Source: Erysipelotrichaceae bacterium
GTDB taxonomy: Bacteria; Bacillota_I; Bacilli_A; ML615J-28; CAG-313
DNA: 64,000 nucleotides
Assembly: GCA_015059015.1 (NCBI GenBank)
Contig: SVBG01000002.1
Coordinates: 49,636-113,635, forward strand
Reading direction: 5' to 3'
The notes under the pieces are model-generated. The model had not been told where the DNA came from, did no database searches, and saw nothing but the letters and a program-made list of their open reading frames with translations. This document shows positions 49,779 to 58,576 of this stretch, in pieces (positions within the stretch are counted from its first letter, which is position 1; each line of letters opens with the position of its first letter). Position numbers and translations under genes: made by a program.

Positions 49779-50061
49779 ATATTGTAATTGGTTAATTGAG
49801 AATATAAGTACTGTAAAAAGTTTTGATGAATTTGTAAATAATGAGGCATTAGTTTATTCTAGTTCTTTTCTAATTTTACAAATAGCTGAACATGCAAAAA
49901 AACTTTCAAAAGAAATAAAAGAAAAATATAATATTGATTGGAAACGAATAATCGGTATGAGAAATGTAATTGTTCATAATTACGAAGGTATTATTCAAGA
50001 TACCTTATACGAAACATTAGTCGAAGATATACCGTTGTTGTTAGAAGAGTTATTAAAATAA
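49747..50061 (+). CDS. HepT-like (DUF86) RNase toxin
   Basis: Rx4HxY motif (RNVIVHNY). 104 aa. Overlaps the MNT gene by 32 nt. Confidence 0.7.
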   Translation: MKEKNLTKIVEYCNWLIENISTVKSFDEFVNNEALVYSSSFLILQIAEHAKKLSKEIKEKYNIDWKRIIGMRNVIVHNYEGIIQDTLYETLVEDIPLLLEELLK

Positions 50062-50069
50062 ATAAAAAA

Positions 50070-50115
50070 GATGTGTAAAATGAATTAATTCACTTTACAC
50101 ATCTTTTGTTTTATT
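50070..50115. terminator. Bidirectional intrinsic terminator
   Basis: AAGATGTGTAAAATGAATTAATTCACTTTACACATCTT followed by a T-run. Confidence 0.7.
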
Positions 50116-51470
50116 TTTTTCGATACAATGATATATGTTATTAAATGAGCAATAAGTGTTGCAATCCATGAAATAGGATAAGAGATAAATAATAAACTTA
50201 AATCTTTATAATTAGTAAAATTAGTATTTGGATTAAAGATGAAATATATCCAAAGCACTCTTATTAAACATACACCAATAATAGAAGTAATCATTGGAAC
50301 TAAAGAATTTCCCATTCCTCTAATACTACCACTTACAACATCCATCATGCCAAATAAGAAATATGGAAGACATAGATATGTCATTTTTAAGTAACCAACA
50401 CTTATTTCAAATGGATCAGTAGTATATATCTTTAAAAGAGGTTTACCTAGTAAAAAGAAACCACCCCCAAATATGATACCAATTATAAATACAAGTAATA
50501 ATGCATAAAGTAGTACTTTTGTAATATTATCTTTTTTCTTTGCGGCAACATTTTGGCTAGTAAAAGCAATAGATGCATGGTATACAGAGTTCATTGAAGT
50601 ATATACAAAACCATCAAGTGAGTTAGCGGCTGAATTACCATTCATAACAGCTCCACCAAATTTATTAATTGATGATTGAATTAAGACATTTGAAATAGAG
50701 AATAAAGAACTTTGAATACCAGCAGGTAGACCAATTTTTAACATATAAAATAATTCTTTTCTGTTAATCTTTAAATCTTTAAAACTAAAATGATAACTTT
50801 CTTTAGTTTTAATTAAACACCACATAATCATAATACATGATACTACCTGTGAGATTACTGTTGCAATAGCAACACCTTCAACACTCATACCACATACAAT
50901 TACAAAAAATATATTTAAGACTACATTTACAAGCCCTGAGATACCAAGAAAAAATAGCGGTCGTTTAGTATCACCTATTCCTCTTAATATCGCAGAAGTA
51001 AAATTGTATAAAAGCATAAAAGGAAGTCCAATAAAATAGATTCTTATATACACAACCGACTTTGGAAGCGGATTACTCATTAAATCTAATAACCATTTAG
51101 CAGATATAAAACCAAATATACCTACTACAACACCGATTATTAAACTTAATAATATAGATGTATGAACCACTCTTTTCATACCTTCTTCATCTTTAACAGC
51201 ATATCGTCTTGCTGCAAGAACATTAGTACCAACAGAAAGGCCCATGAATAAGTTTACAACAAGAGCTGTTAAACTACCTGTAGAACCCACTGCACCAAGC
51301 GCATTAGGATCTTCACTAAAGTTACTAACAACAATTAAATCTGCAGCGTTATAAAACAATTGTAAAATTCCTGTAAGCATTAATGGAATACAGTATTTAA
51401 TCATATTTTTAAACATGTTTCCATTAATCATTTCAACTTCATATCGTTTTTGTTTTATTGTATTTGTCAA
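50085..51470 (-). CDS. MATE family efflux transporter
   Basis: 461 aa, 12 TM, MATE-like. Confidence 0.85.
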   Translation of the reverse strand: MTNTIKQKRYEVEMINGNMFKNMIKYCIPLMLTGILQLFYNAADLIVVSNFSEDPNALGAVGSTGSLTALVVNLFMGLSVGTNVLAARRYAVKDEEGMKRVVHTSILLSLIIGVVVGIFGFISAKWLLDLMSNPLPKSVVYIRIYFIGLPFMLLYNFTSAILRGIGDTKRPLFFLGISGLVNVVLNIFFVIVCGMSVEGVAIATVISQVVSCIMIMWCLIKTKESYHFSFKDLKINRKELFYMLKIGLPAGIQSSLFSISNVLIQSSINKFGGAVMNGNSAANSLDGFVYTSMNSVYHASIAFTSQNVAAKKKDNITKVLLYALLLVFIIGIIFGGGFFLLGKPLLKIYTTDPFEISVGYLKMTYLCLPYFLFGMMDVVSGSIRGMGNSLVPMITSIIGVCLIRVLWIYFIFNPNTNFTNYKDLSLLFISYPISWIATLIAHLITYIIVSKKIKQKMCKVN

Positions 51471-51649
51471 AATATCACCTCGTTATTTTAATTATAGCAC
51501 TTTTTAGCAAATAAAAGAAAAAGATGCAACATAAAAAAATTATTGTTTTTGTAAATAAGTAAAGTATTTGAATAAATTTACAAAAAGTGGTAAAATATAT
51601 ATTGTAAAACCATTTTATAAATTTATAATTAATTAGGAGGAATATAAAA

Positions 51650-52723
51650 ATGGCAAATGTAAAAGTAGCGATCAATGGATTTGGTCGTATTGGTCGTTTA
51701 GCATTCAGACAAATGTTTGGTGCAGAAGGTTACGAAATCGTAGCAATCAATGACTTAACTAGTCCTAAAATGCTTGCAAACTTATTAAAGTATGACACTG
51801 CACAAGGTGGTTATGCTGGATTTATCGGACAAAACTTACACACAGTTGAATCAAAAGAACCTGTATTTGCTGAAGACGGCAAAACTGTAGTTACTCCTGG
51901 TTCAATCACTGTTGATGGAAAAGAAATTACAATCTATGCTGAACCTAAAGCTCAAAATTTACCTTGGGGTGAATTAGATGTAGATGTAGTATTAGAATGT
52001 ACTGGTTTCTATTGTTCAAAAGAAAAATCACAAGCACACATCGATGCTGGTGCTAAAAAAGTAGTTATCTCTGCTCCTGCTGGAAATGATTTACCAACAG
52101 TTGTTTATGGTGTTAACGAAAATATCTTAACTAAAGAAGACAAAATTATCTCTGCTGCTTCTTGTACAACTAACTGTTTAGCTCCTATGGCTAAAGCTTT
52201 AAATGATTTCGCTGAAATTCAATCAGGTATCATGGCTACTATCCATGCTTATACTGGTGACCAAATGATTCTTGATGGACCACACAGAAAAGGTGATTTA
52301 AGAAGAGCTCGTGCTGGTGCTGCTAACATCGTTCCTAACTCAACAGGTGCTGCTAAAGCAATCGGTTTAGTTATTCCAGAACTTAATGGTAAATTAATCG
52401 GTGCTGCACAACGTGTTCCAGTTCCTACAGGTTCAACAACTATTTTAACAGCTGTTGTTAAAGGTGAAAATATTACTAAAGAAGCTATCAACGCTGCTAT
52501 GAAAGCTGCTGCTAGCGAATCTTATGGTTATAATGAAGATCAAATCGTTTCTTCAGACGTAATCGGTATGAGATATGGTTCATTATTTGATGCAACTCAA
52601 ACTATGGTTGCTAAAGTTGGTGAAGGTTTATATCAAGTTCAAGTTGTTTCTTGGTATGATAATGAAAACTCATATACTAGCCAAATGGTTAGAACAATCA
52701 AATACTTTGCAGAAAAATGCTAA
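51650..52723 (+). CDS. gap: Glyceraldehyde-3-phosphate dehydrogenase
   Basis: NGFGRIGR Rossmann fold and SCTTNCLAP active site. 357 aa. AGGAGG RBS. Confidence 0.9.
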   Translation: MANVKVAINGFGRIGRLAFRQMFGAEGYEIVAINDLTSPKMLANLLKYDTAQGGYAGFIGQNLHTVESKEPVFAEDGKTVVTPGSITVDGKEITIYAEPKAQNLPWGELDVDVVLECTGFYCSKEKSQAHIDAGAKKVVISAPAGNDLPTVVYGVNENILTKEDKIISAASCTTNCLAPMAKALNDFAEIQSGIMATIHAYTGDQMILDGPHRKGDLRRARAGAANIVPNSTGAAKAIGLVIPELNGKLIGAAQRVPVPTGSTTILTAVVKGENITKEAINAAMKAAASESYGYNEDQIVSSDVIGMRYGSLFDATQTMVAKVGEGLYQVQVVSWYDNENSYTSQMVRTIKYFAEKC

Positions 52724-52730
52724 TTAAAAA

Positions 52731-52765
52731 CTAAACATCTATAGAGAAATCTATAGATGTTTTTT
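52731..52765 (+). terminator. Intrinsic terminator of gap
   Basis: ACATCTATAG-agaaat-CTATAGATGT followed by TTTTTTTT. Confidence 0.75.
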
Positions 52766-52786
52766 TTAAAAAGTTTCATGCAACTA

Positions 52787-52815
52787 TTTACAAATGAATA
52801 AATATATGCTATACT
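52787..52815 (+). promoter_or_regulatory. sigma-A promoter TTTACA-N17-TATACT (cassette copy 1)
   Basis: Hexamers and spacing read directly. Conserved in all four cassettes. Confidence 0.6.
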
Positions 52816-52821
52816 ATAGGT

Positions 52822-52915
52822 GAAGTAATTTGTTTCACTCGTATGAAACTCTTCTTCATTGTTGTAGAAAAGTCCCTTTTATTGAAAAAACTGTTGGAAG
52901 AGGGACTTTTTATAT
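52822..52915 (+). ncRNA. Putative ~90-nt antisense sRNA (type I antitoxin-like), copy 1
   Basis: Predicted from the promoter +1 to the intrinsic terminator GAAAAGTCCC...GGGACTTTTTAT(52868-52915). Contains a GTGAA..TTCAC hairpin and ACTCTTCTTC. Overlaps the 3' end and terminator of the convergent peptide mRNA. Confidence 0.4.
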
Positions 52916-52916
52916 T

Positions 52917-53015
52917 CTACTTCTTTTTGTTCTTTTTTATGGAACTAAGAAGTTTAATCGTTGTGCTTATTAAACTGATTACTTCAGTAATAAGCTTGAT
53001 TATATTAATAAACAT
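52917..53015 (-). CDS. Putative type I toxin-like small membrane peptide, 32 aa (MFINIIKLITEVISLISTTIKLLSSIKKNKKK)
   Basis: ORF conserved in frame across the three cassettes despite nucleotide and amino-acid substitutions. Hydrophobic/amphipathic helix with a Lys-rich tail. Weak RBS GAAAGG lies inside a conserved hairpin (53017-53041). Below the 60-aa ORF-track cutoff. Confidence 0.45.
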   Translation of the reverse strand: MFINIIKLITEVISLISTTIKLLSSIKKNKKK

Positions 53016-53306
53016 TGCTTCTTACCTTTCTTAGGAGAAGCACATTTTTTTATTAATAAGAAATATAATAGTATCATGTGTTATTCTCCTTTCTCATATC
53101 CCCTTCAAATGAGATAAAGAAGAAGAGTACACATCCCCTTGTAGTATAAATAATACTGTATACGAGAGAATCAAATCACCTCATATATATATTTAGCAAA
53201 ACTACCCTAAATTGCTTTTTTTATTTTAAAAAAGTTTTCGACAATAATTAAATGTTAATTAATATATATGTCAGTTAGACAGATAAATTTCTATAGTGTA
53301 TTATCA

Positions 53307-53334
53307 CGGTATCGGAATGGTACCGTTTTTTTTA
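53307..53334 (+). terminator. Hairpin CGGTATCGGAATGGTACCG plus T-run; same element recurs at 58808-58833 (island boundary repeat)
   Basis: Preceded ~60 nt upstream by a promoter-like TTCGACA-N17-AATATA, so it may delimit a ~60-nt transcript. Confidence 0.45.
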
Positions 53335-53345
53335 TTTTTAAAAAA

Positions 53346-53360
53346 GGACAAGTTTTGTCC
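53346..53360. promoter_or_regulatory. Perfect inverted repeat GGACAAgttTTGTCC next to candidate promoter TTGATT-N17-TAAAAT (53368-53396) of the XRE gene; candidate operator
   Basis: Palindrome read directly. A related GGAC-aaaagac-GTCC lies at 53771-53786 ahead of the 719-aa gene. Confidence 0.35.
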
Positions 53361-53530
53361 GAATACTTGATTAAATTAATAATATATGATAAAATAAACC
53401 TATCCATTCGAAATGGTACTAATATCAAAAAATAATATAGAGAAAACTTTTAATAGTTTGTATAAACAATTCAAAAGAATTGTTCAAGAAAACATTTTAT
53501 TTTGAAATGGGTTTGTAAGGAGGTATTAGT

Positions 53531-53743
53531 ATGAATGGATTAATTAACCCTATCACGATTGCTGAAAACATTAAAAAATTGAGACTTTTAAAACAACTAA
53601 CACAAGTAGAAATGGCCGATACATTAGGATATAGTGAAAGAACTATTCGTAGACTAGAAACTAATGGGACATATGACTTATTTGTTGTTAATTTAATTGC
53701 TCAAACTTTTAACGTTTCAGTAGTCAGCATCCTATTTAATTAG
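53531..53743 (+). CDS. XRE-family helix-turn-helix transcriptional regulator, 70 aa
   Basis: AAGGAGG RBS. HTH reads IKKLRLLKQLTQVEMADTLGYSERTIRRLE. Confidence 0.7.
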   Translation: MNGLINPITIAENIKKLRLLKQLTQVEMADTLGYSERTIRRLETNGTYDLFVVNLIAQTFNVSVVSILFN

Positions 53744-53846
53744 GGTGCATTTTTTTATTTTCTTAATATAGGACAAAAGACGTCCTAACACCTTTAAACA
53801 TTTTTGTGATATACTTTTAGTGTGGAAAAATAAAGGTGGTGAAAAT

Positions 53847-56006
53847 ATGAACAATAGATTAGAAAAACATCTTGCGAATAAAGGCTTTTTAGTTATTAGA
53901 CTTAAAGAAGATTTCGATATTGAAAATATATCAAGTGACCATAAAGAAGATTTAATTAATCATATGTTAGTTTCATTCTTAAGTTTAGGATTTAAGTTAG
54001 AAGCAAGTTCAATAGAATTATTAAAAGGATTAGATTTAAAAAATTTAAAGAAGTTCTATTTAAATACTTTTGATTTACTTAAAAACATAAAAGGTGCTCA
54101 TGTAAAACATAAAATATTTTATAGTGATTTCCCAAATATGAAATCATATAAAGATTATGATTATTTTATTAATGCGTTACTACATTATAGTACTGCTAGT
54201 ACTGATGATTATGGATATATGCCATCTGAAAAAAATAATGTTACAAAATATTATTTTGATCAAAATAAAAAACTTACAGAAGTTAAAATACTACAATATG
54301 AAGAGGCTATTAAATATCTATCTACTTATTTTACAACCATGTTAGAAGGTACTAAAGTAATATCATATGAAAATCTAGAATTATTAAAAGCTTTCATGAA
54401 TGATTATCCAGATAAAGTAAAACCTAATATTATTCCATTTAGATGTAATATGGCTTCGTATATCGGTATATATATTGAACGTATGAGAAAAAAGAAAATC
54501 GGAGAAGTATTAGAAAATTTAGATTTATCATTTATTAAAACTTCAACGGATGTATTAAGACTTTATGCGGTAATATCAAAACAAAATGTTGAATTACAAG
54601 ATAAAGTTAAGTTTATAAGTTTAGATAGAAAAGCACGAAAAATTATTCTTAAAATTCTAAATGATATTTCATTAACTAACAAATTTATTATTGATGATTT
54701 AGTAAGTCATGAATTTCTTTGGAAAAGAGCATTTGAATATTTACATGTAGGTGAGTATAAAGAAATATACCCTGAAATATATGATGTTGCAAATAAACTA
54801 AGAAGTGGCGAATATCAAACTTATAATTCTGAATTAACTAAATGTTTAGAAGAAGGCAGTGCTAAAGCTTTTAAACTTTTAATGATTAAACCTGGAATAT
54901 TTGCACGTAAACTTGATTATATCTTACGAAGTAAAAAAATTTCTCATCAAGAAACATTAGAATACTTTAAAAAGTGCTCTAGTGATATATCTACTAATGT
55001 TCTATTAAGTTTATTACAACATTTTAAAAATCGATCTAATACATCACTAACAAGAACAATTATGTACCATAAACCTCATAGTTTTGTTTGTTTAGATATT
55101 GCTGATGAAAGAGATGAAATACCTAGTAATATTTTAGAAGTAGTTATTAATACAATAGAAGAAATATTACAAGATAAATTTATCTCTTATCCATTATTAG
55201 AAAATGTTTACTTAGATGAATGTATGAATAATTATATGATTCCTATTAACAATAAAAATGCTTCAAGTGGTTTTCATACTTTATCGTTTGGATCTAAAAT
55301 AAAACTTAATAGTGACAAAAATATTTTAAGATTCTTTACACATTGGAAAAATAGCCATTTAAGAATTGATATAGATTTATCTGCAGAGCTTTTCAATAGT
55401 GATTTTGAATACATAAATTCATTAGCATGGCATAATATGAAAGGAGGAGAAGACATTGATGCTTATCACTCAGGTGATATTGTAACTGCTCCTAATGGTG
55501 CAAGTGAATTTATTGATATAAACCTTGCTAAAGCAAAAAAGAAGAAAATTAAATATATCGTTATAGCTAATTCAGTATTTACTAATGATAATTTTAAAGA
55601 AATTCCTGAATGCTTTACAGGTGTAATGTTTAAAGATAAAATTAATAAAGATGAACAAGTATTTAATGCACAAGATGTTGAAATAAAAATAGATTTAACA
55701 CAAGATAATACAAATGAATGTTTAGCCTTTTTAGTTGATATCGAAAATATGGAATTAATCTGGTTAGACATCCCGTCATATGAAGAAAATTACTTTGTTG
55801 TAGCAGCAAATGATTACTCATATATATCTGCAGTAATTAAAAAAGCTACATCATATAATATATCAATATATGATTTAGTAAAACTTCATAAAAAACATAT
55901 TTCATTTAATGATAATAAAGATGAAGCATTATTAATTATTGATGATAGCGATAACTCTTTAATAAATCCATACAATCTAGAATTAATTTCTAAAGATTGG
56001 TTATAA
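53847..56006 (+). CDS. Hypothetical protein, 719 aa; no recognisable catalytic or NTP-binding motifs
   Basis: GGTGGTG RBS ahead of the ATG at 53847 (the track's 53820 start is a GTG). Soluble, Lys/Asp-rich. No Walker A/B, HEPN, PD-(D/E)xK or HNH motifs recognised by eye. Confidence 0.65.
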   Translation: MNNRLEKHLANKGFLVIRLKEDFDIENISSDHKEDLINHMLVSFLSLGFKLEASSIELLKGLDLKNLKKFYLNTFDLLKNIKGAHVKHKIFYSDFPNMKSYKDYDYFINALLHYSTASTDDYGYMPSEKNNVTKYYFDQNKKLTEVKILQYEEAIKYLSTYFTTMLEGTKVISYENLELLKAFMNDYPDKVKPNIIPFRCNMASYIGIYIERMRKKKIGEVLENLDLSFIKTSTDVLRLYAVISKQNVELQDKVKFISLDRKARKIILKILNDISLTNKFIIDDLVSHEFLWKRAFEYLHVGEYKEIYPEIYDVANKLRSGEYQTYNSELTKCLEEGSAKAFKLLMIKPGIFARKLDYILRSKKISHQETLEYFKKCSSDISTNVLLSLLQHFKNRSNTSLTRTIMYHKPHSFVCLDIADERDEIPSNILEVVINTIEEILQDKFISYPLLENVYLDECMNNYMIPINNKNASSGFHTLSFGSKIKLNSDKNILRFFTHWKNSHLRIDIDLSAELFNSDFEYINSLAWHNMKGGEDIDAYHSGDIVTAPNGASEFIDINLAKAKKKKIKYIVIANSVFTNDNFKEIPECFTGVMFKDKINKDEQVFNAQDVEIKIDLTQDNTNECLAFLVDIENMELIWLDIPSYEENYFVVAANDYSYISAVIKKATSYNISIYDLVKLHKKHISFNDNKDEALLIIDDSDNSLINPYNLELISKDWL

Positions 56007-56215
56007 GAAATATATCGGCTTATAATAACTTACTTCTATTAATTGAAACAAGAAAATTATAGTTAGTTATTAACTACCCGATTAAATAAGGCTTATGTTT
56101 ACTTACTTCTAAAGCTTTTTATTAATATGTGTTTTAGTAAACAACTTTCCTTATTTTCAAAAAAATTTAATAATTTACTATTTACAAATAGAAATTAATA
56201 TGTTATACTATAAGC

Positions 56216-56312
56216 GAAGTAATTCGTTTCACTCGTATGAAACTCTTCTTCGTTTAGTAGAAAAGTCCCTTTTTTATAAAATTTGGTTTCTAGAGGGACT
56301 TTTTATATTCTA
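56216..56312 (+). ncRNA. Putative antisense sRNA, copy 2
   Basis: As for copy 1. Confidence 0.4.
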
Positions 56313-56408
56313 CTTTTTTTTGTTCTTTTTTATAGAACTTATAAAAGTTGTCATCGCACTTATTAATCTGAATAATTCAGTAATAAACTTGATTATACTA
56401 ATAAACAT
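56310..56408 (-). CDS. Putative type I toxin-like peptide, 32 aa (MFISIIKFITELFRLISAMTTFISSIKKNKKK)
   Basis: In-frame paralog of 52917-53015. Same RBS-in-hairpin arrangement. Confidence 0.45.
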   Translation of the reverse strand: MFISIIKFITELFRLISAMTTFISSIKKNKKK

Positions 56409-56744
56409 TGCTTCTTCCTTTCTTAGGAGAAGCACCTTTTTTTATTAATAAGAAATATAATAGTTTCAAGTGTTTTCTCCTTTCTCATATCCCCTTCAAA
56501 TGAGATAAAGAAGAAGAGTACACATCCCCTTGTAGTATATATAATACTGTATACGAGCAAACCAAATCACTTCATATACATATTTAGCAAAACTATCCAA
56601 AATTGCTCTTTTTATTTTAAAAAAGTTTTCGACACGAATTAAAGTTGATGTGATTGTAGTTGATTGATAACAATATTTAAAATGTAAAATATCTACTTAA
56701 TAAAAATAAGTAGAAGTATAAACTACTTCTACTCATTTTTATAA

Positions 56745-57791
56745 TTATTCATCAATAAATTTTTGTAAATCTTTTATATATAGATTATATAATCCATATA
56801 CTAATTGTTGTTGTTTAATTGCATTATTAGATTGTATAATATCTGTTCCAATTAAGAAAGGAACACCTAAAGCGATTTCGGCTATTGATTTAATATTAAA
56901 TTTAAAATTAGACTTGTTCTTAAATTTTTCGGAAACATTCAAGTTTATTAATTCTTCGTAGAATTTTTCATAATCATTTTTATTTTTTAATTGATTATAA
57001 TCAACTTCAATTTGTGCAATATTATTATTCCAACCATATCTTACTCCATATTTATTAAAGATAATATGATTTGTTGTTAACTTAGAAATGTGATTTACAT
57101 CACCAAGAATTAATATTTTATAATCATTTGAGATGTTATTAAAAAGTTTTTCCCAAGCTTGATTATTAATTATAATAGGTTGTACAGTATTATCACGAGT
57201 ACCAACTATTTCTTTATCGTTTTTATCATCATTTGTAATAATTAAATTTTCTAATTCTTTTCCTATTGAAATATTTTTAGTTACAATAATTAATTTTGAA
57301 ACATCATCACCTAAATTATCTAGGATTTCTTTTTCCATTGAAACTTTTTCTAATTCATTTGTATATTTGTTATTAATATTTTTTCCCAATATATGAATTG
57401 GATCTACGACTGCTCCTAATTGCATAAAAAAATTAAATGTTTTTGGTGGTAATTTAGATACAATTACACCTGCAAAATAAAAACAAGGATGACATTTTCC
57501 TAATATCATTAATAGTTTTTTAATTAATTCTCTTGCTAAATTAGGATCTTTTTCATATAGATTAAAGATATCAATAATTTTTAGTAAATCATTACACTTT
57601 TTAATACTATTAATTTTCGAACCATTTAAACTCAAAAGATTATTAATATCATTAATCTCTTGCTGTTCTAATTCATAATTATTTAATTCACTAATAATAA
57701 AATTAAAACATGCAGCAATATCTTGTTCATTAAATTTATCTATTTTACTTACATCTATTTTAGCCCAATTTGTTTCAATAATGTTACTCAT
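56745..57791 (-). CDS. Hypothetical protein, 348 aa; no recognisable motifs
   Basis: AGGAGA RBS. Own strong promoter TTGAAA-N17-TATAAT on the minus strand (57811-57839). Terminator AGTAGAAGTAGTTTATACTTCTACT lies just downstream on the minus strand. Confidence 0.65.
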   Translation of the reverse strand: MSNIIETNWAKIDVSKIDKFNEQDIAACFNFIISELNNYELEQQEINDINNLLSLNGSKINSIKKCNDLLKIIDIFNLYEKDPNLARELIKKLLMILGKCHPCFYFAGVIVSKLPPKTFNFFMQLGAVVDPIHILGKNINNKYTNELEKVSMEKEILDNLGDDVSKLIIVTKNISIGKELENLIITNDDKNDKEIVGTRDNTVQPIIINNQAWEKLFNNISNDYKILILGDVNHISKLTTNHIIFNKYGVRYGWNNNIAQIEVDYNQLKNKNDYEKFYEELINLNVSEKFKNKSNFKFNIKSIAEIALGVPFLIGTDIIQSNNAIKQQQLVYGLYNLYIKDLQKFIDE

Positions 57792-57810
57792 AGTATTCTC
57801 CTTTTTTTAC

Positions 57811-57839
57811 ATTATATAATAAAATATTTTAAATTTCAA
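57811..57839 (-). promoter_or_regulatory. Near-consensus promoter (TTGAAA-N17-TATAAT) of the 348-aa gene
   Basis: Read on the reverse complement. Confidence 0.55.
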
Positions 57840-57911
57840 TTAATTATATAATCATGACAAAATTTTTAATTTAATATTTACAAAAAGAAATTAATATGAT
57901 ATACTATAAGC

Positions 57912-58000
57912 GAAGTAATTCGTTTCACTTGTATGAAACTCTTCTTCATTTAGTAGAAAAGTCCCTTTTAAAATAATTAGCTGGTTAGAGGGGCTTTTTA
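57912..58000 (+). ncRNA. Putative antisense sRNA, copy 3
   Basis: As for copy 1. Confidence 0.4.
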
Positions 58001-58004
58001 TATT

Positions 58005-58103
58005 CTACTTTTTTTTGTTCTTTTTTATAGAACTTATAAAAGTTATCATCGCACTTATTAATCTGAATACTTCAGTAATAAACTTGATTATACTAATAAA
58101 CAT
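58005..58103 (-). CDS. Putative type I toxin-like peptide, 32 aa (MFISIIKFITEVFRLISAMITFISSIKKNKKK)
   Basis: In-frame paralog of the other two. Confidence 0.45.
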   Translation of the reverse strand: MFISIIKFITEVFRLISAMITFISSIKKNKKK

Positions 58104-58369
58104 TGCTTCTTCCTTTCTTAGGAGAAGCACCTTTTTTTATTAATAAGAAATATAATAGTTTCAAGTGTTTTCTCCTTTCTCATATCCCCTTCAAATGAGA
58201 TAAAGAAGAAGAGTACACATCCCCTTGTAGTATATATAATACTGTATACGAGCAAACCAAATCACTTCATATACATATTTAGCAAAACTATCCAAAATTG
58301 CTCTTTTTATTTAAAAAAAATTTTTGGGTAACTATTTACAAATAAATAAATTTATGTTATACTATTAGT

Positions 58370-58448
58370 AGAAGCAGATTGTTTTCAAACTAAAACTCTT
58401 CTTCTAAAAGAAAAGTCCTTTTCGGGTGTGGACTTAGTTTATTTTCTA
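58370..58448 (+). ncRNA. Putative antisense sRNA of the 4th cassette
   Basis: Runs from the promoter to the shared bidirectional hairpin and T-rich tract. Confidence 0.35.
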
Positions 58449-58576
58449 TTTCTTAAAATGATTTTTAAGAAATTAATGATAGCGGTAATTAGGTTTATAA
58501 TTGCCGCTATTAAACTTATTTTCATAAATCTAACCAATCTCCATTTATTTGGAGGTTTATCATTATCAATGGTCAT
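58439..58576 (-). CDS. Small tail-anchored membrane peptide, 45 aa (MTIDNDKPPNKWRLVRFMKISLIAAIINLITAIINFLKIILRNRK); putative type I toxin variant
   Basis: Strong RBS GAGGAGGTG 8 nt upstream of the ATG at 58576 (the track's 71-aa version starts further upstream without an RBS). One TM helix plus a basic C-terminus. Its 5'-UTR is homologous to that of the 32-aa peptide genes. Confidence 0.5.
   Translation of the reverse strand: MTIDNDKPPNKWRLVRFMKISLIAAIINLITAIINFLKIILRNRK

Larger units (their letters stand above)
52784..53232. repeat. Repeat cassette copy 1 (~450 bp): promoter + short RNA + terminator on plus strand, convergent small-peptide gene on minus strand
   Basis: Near-identical blocks at 56178-56628 and 57874-58312 (many base substitutions, conserved hairpins). 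A divergent 4th unit lies at 58330-58720. Confidence 0.85.
56178..56628. repeat. Repeat cassette copy 2
   Basis: Promoter TTTACA(56181)-N17-TATACT(56204). Terminator hairpin 56262-56305. Second hairpin 56410-56435. Confidence 0.85.
57874..58312. repeat. Repeat cassette copy 3
   Basis: Promoter TTTACA(57877)-N17-TATACT(57900). Terminator hairpin ~57952-57998 (one G-U wobble pair). Second hairpin 58105-58130. Confidence 0.85.

Noticed and set aside
52843-53034. Plus-strand ORFs inside the repeat cassettes (52843-53034, 56200-56448 and the equivalent in copy 3), given in the ORF track as 63-82-aa hydrophobic proteins
   Set aside because: They start inside or immediately after the promoter with no RBS. 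They run straight through two intrinsic terminator hairpins. Their length and N-termini differ between copies. The conserved, RBS-bearing frame is on the opposite strand.
53000-53077. Minus-strand 25-codon uORF (MILLYFLLIKKCASPKKGKKQCLLI) with a GAAAGGAGA RBS in the peptide-mRNA 5'-UTR
   Set aside because: A 1-nt indel and an ATG>TTG change between copies give different C-termini and lengths. Not conserved as coding; more likely the RBS-like sequence is part of UTR structure.
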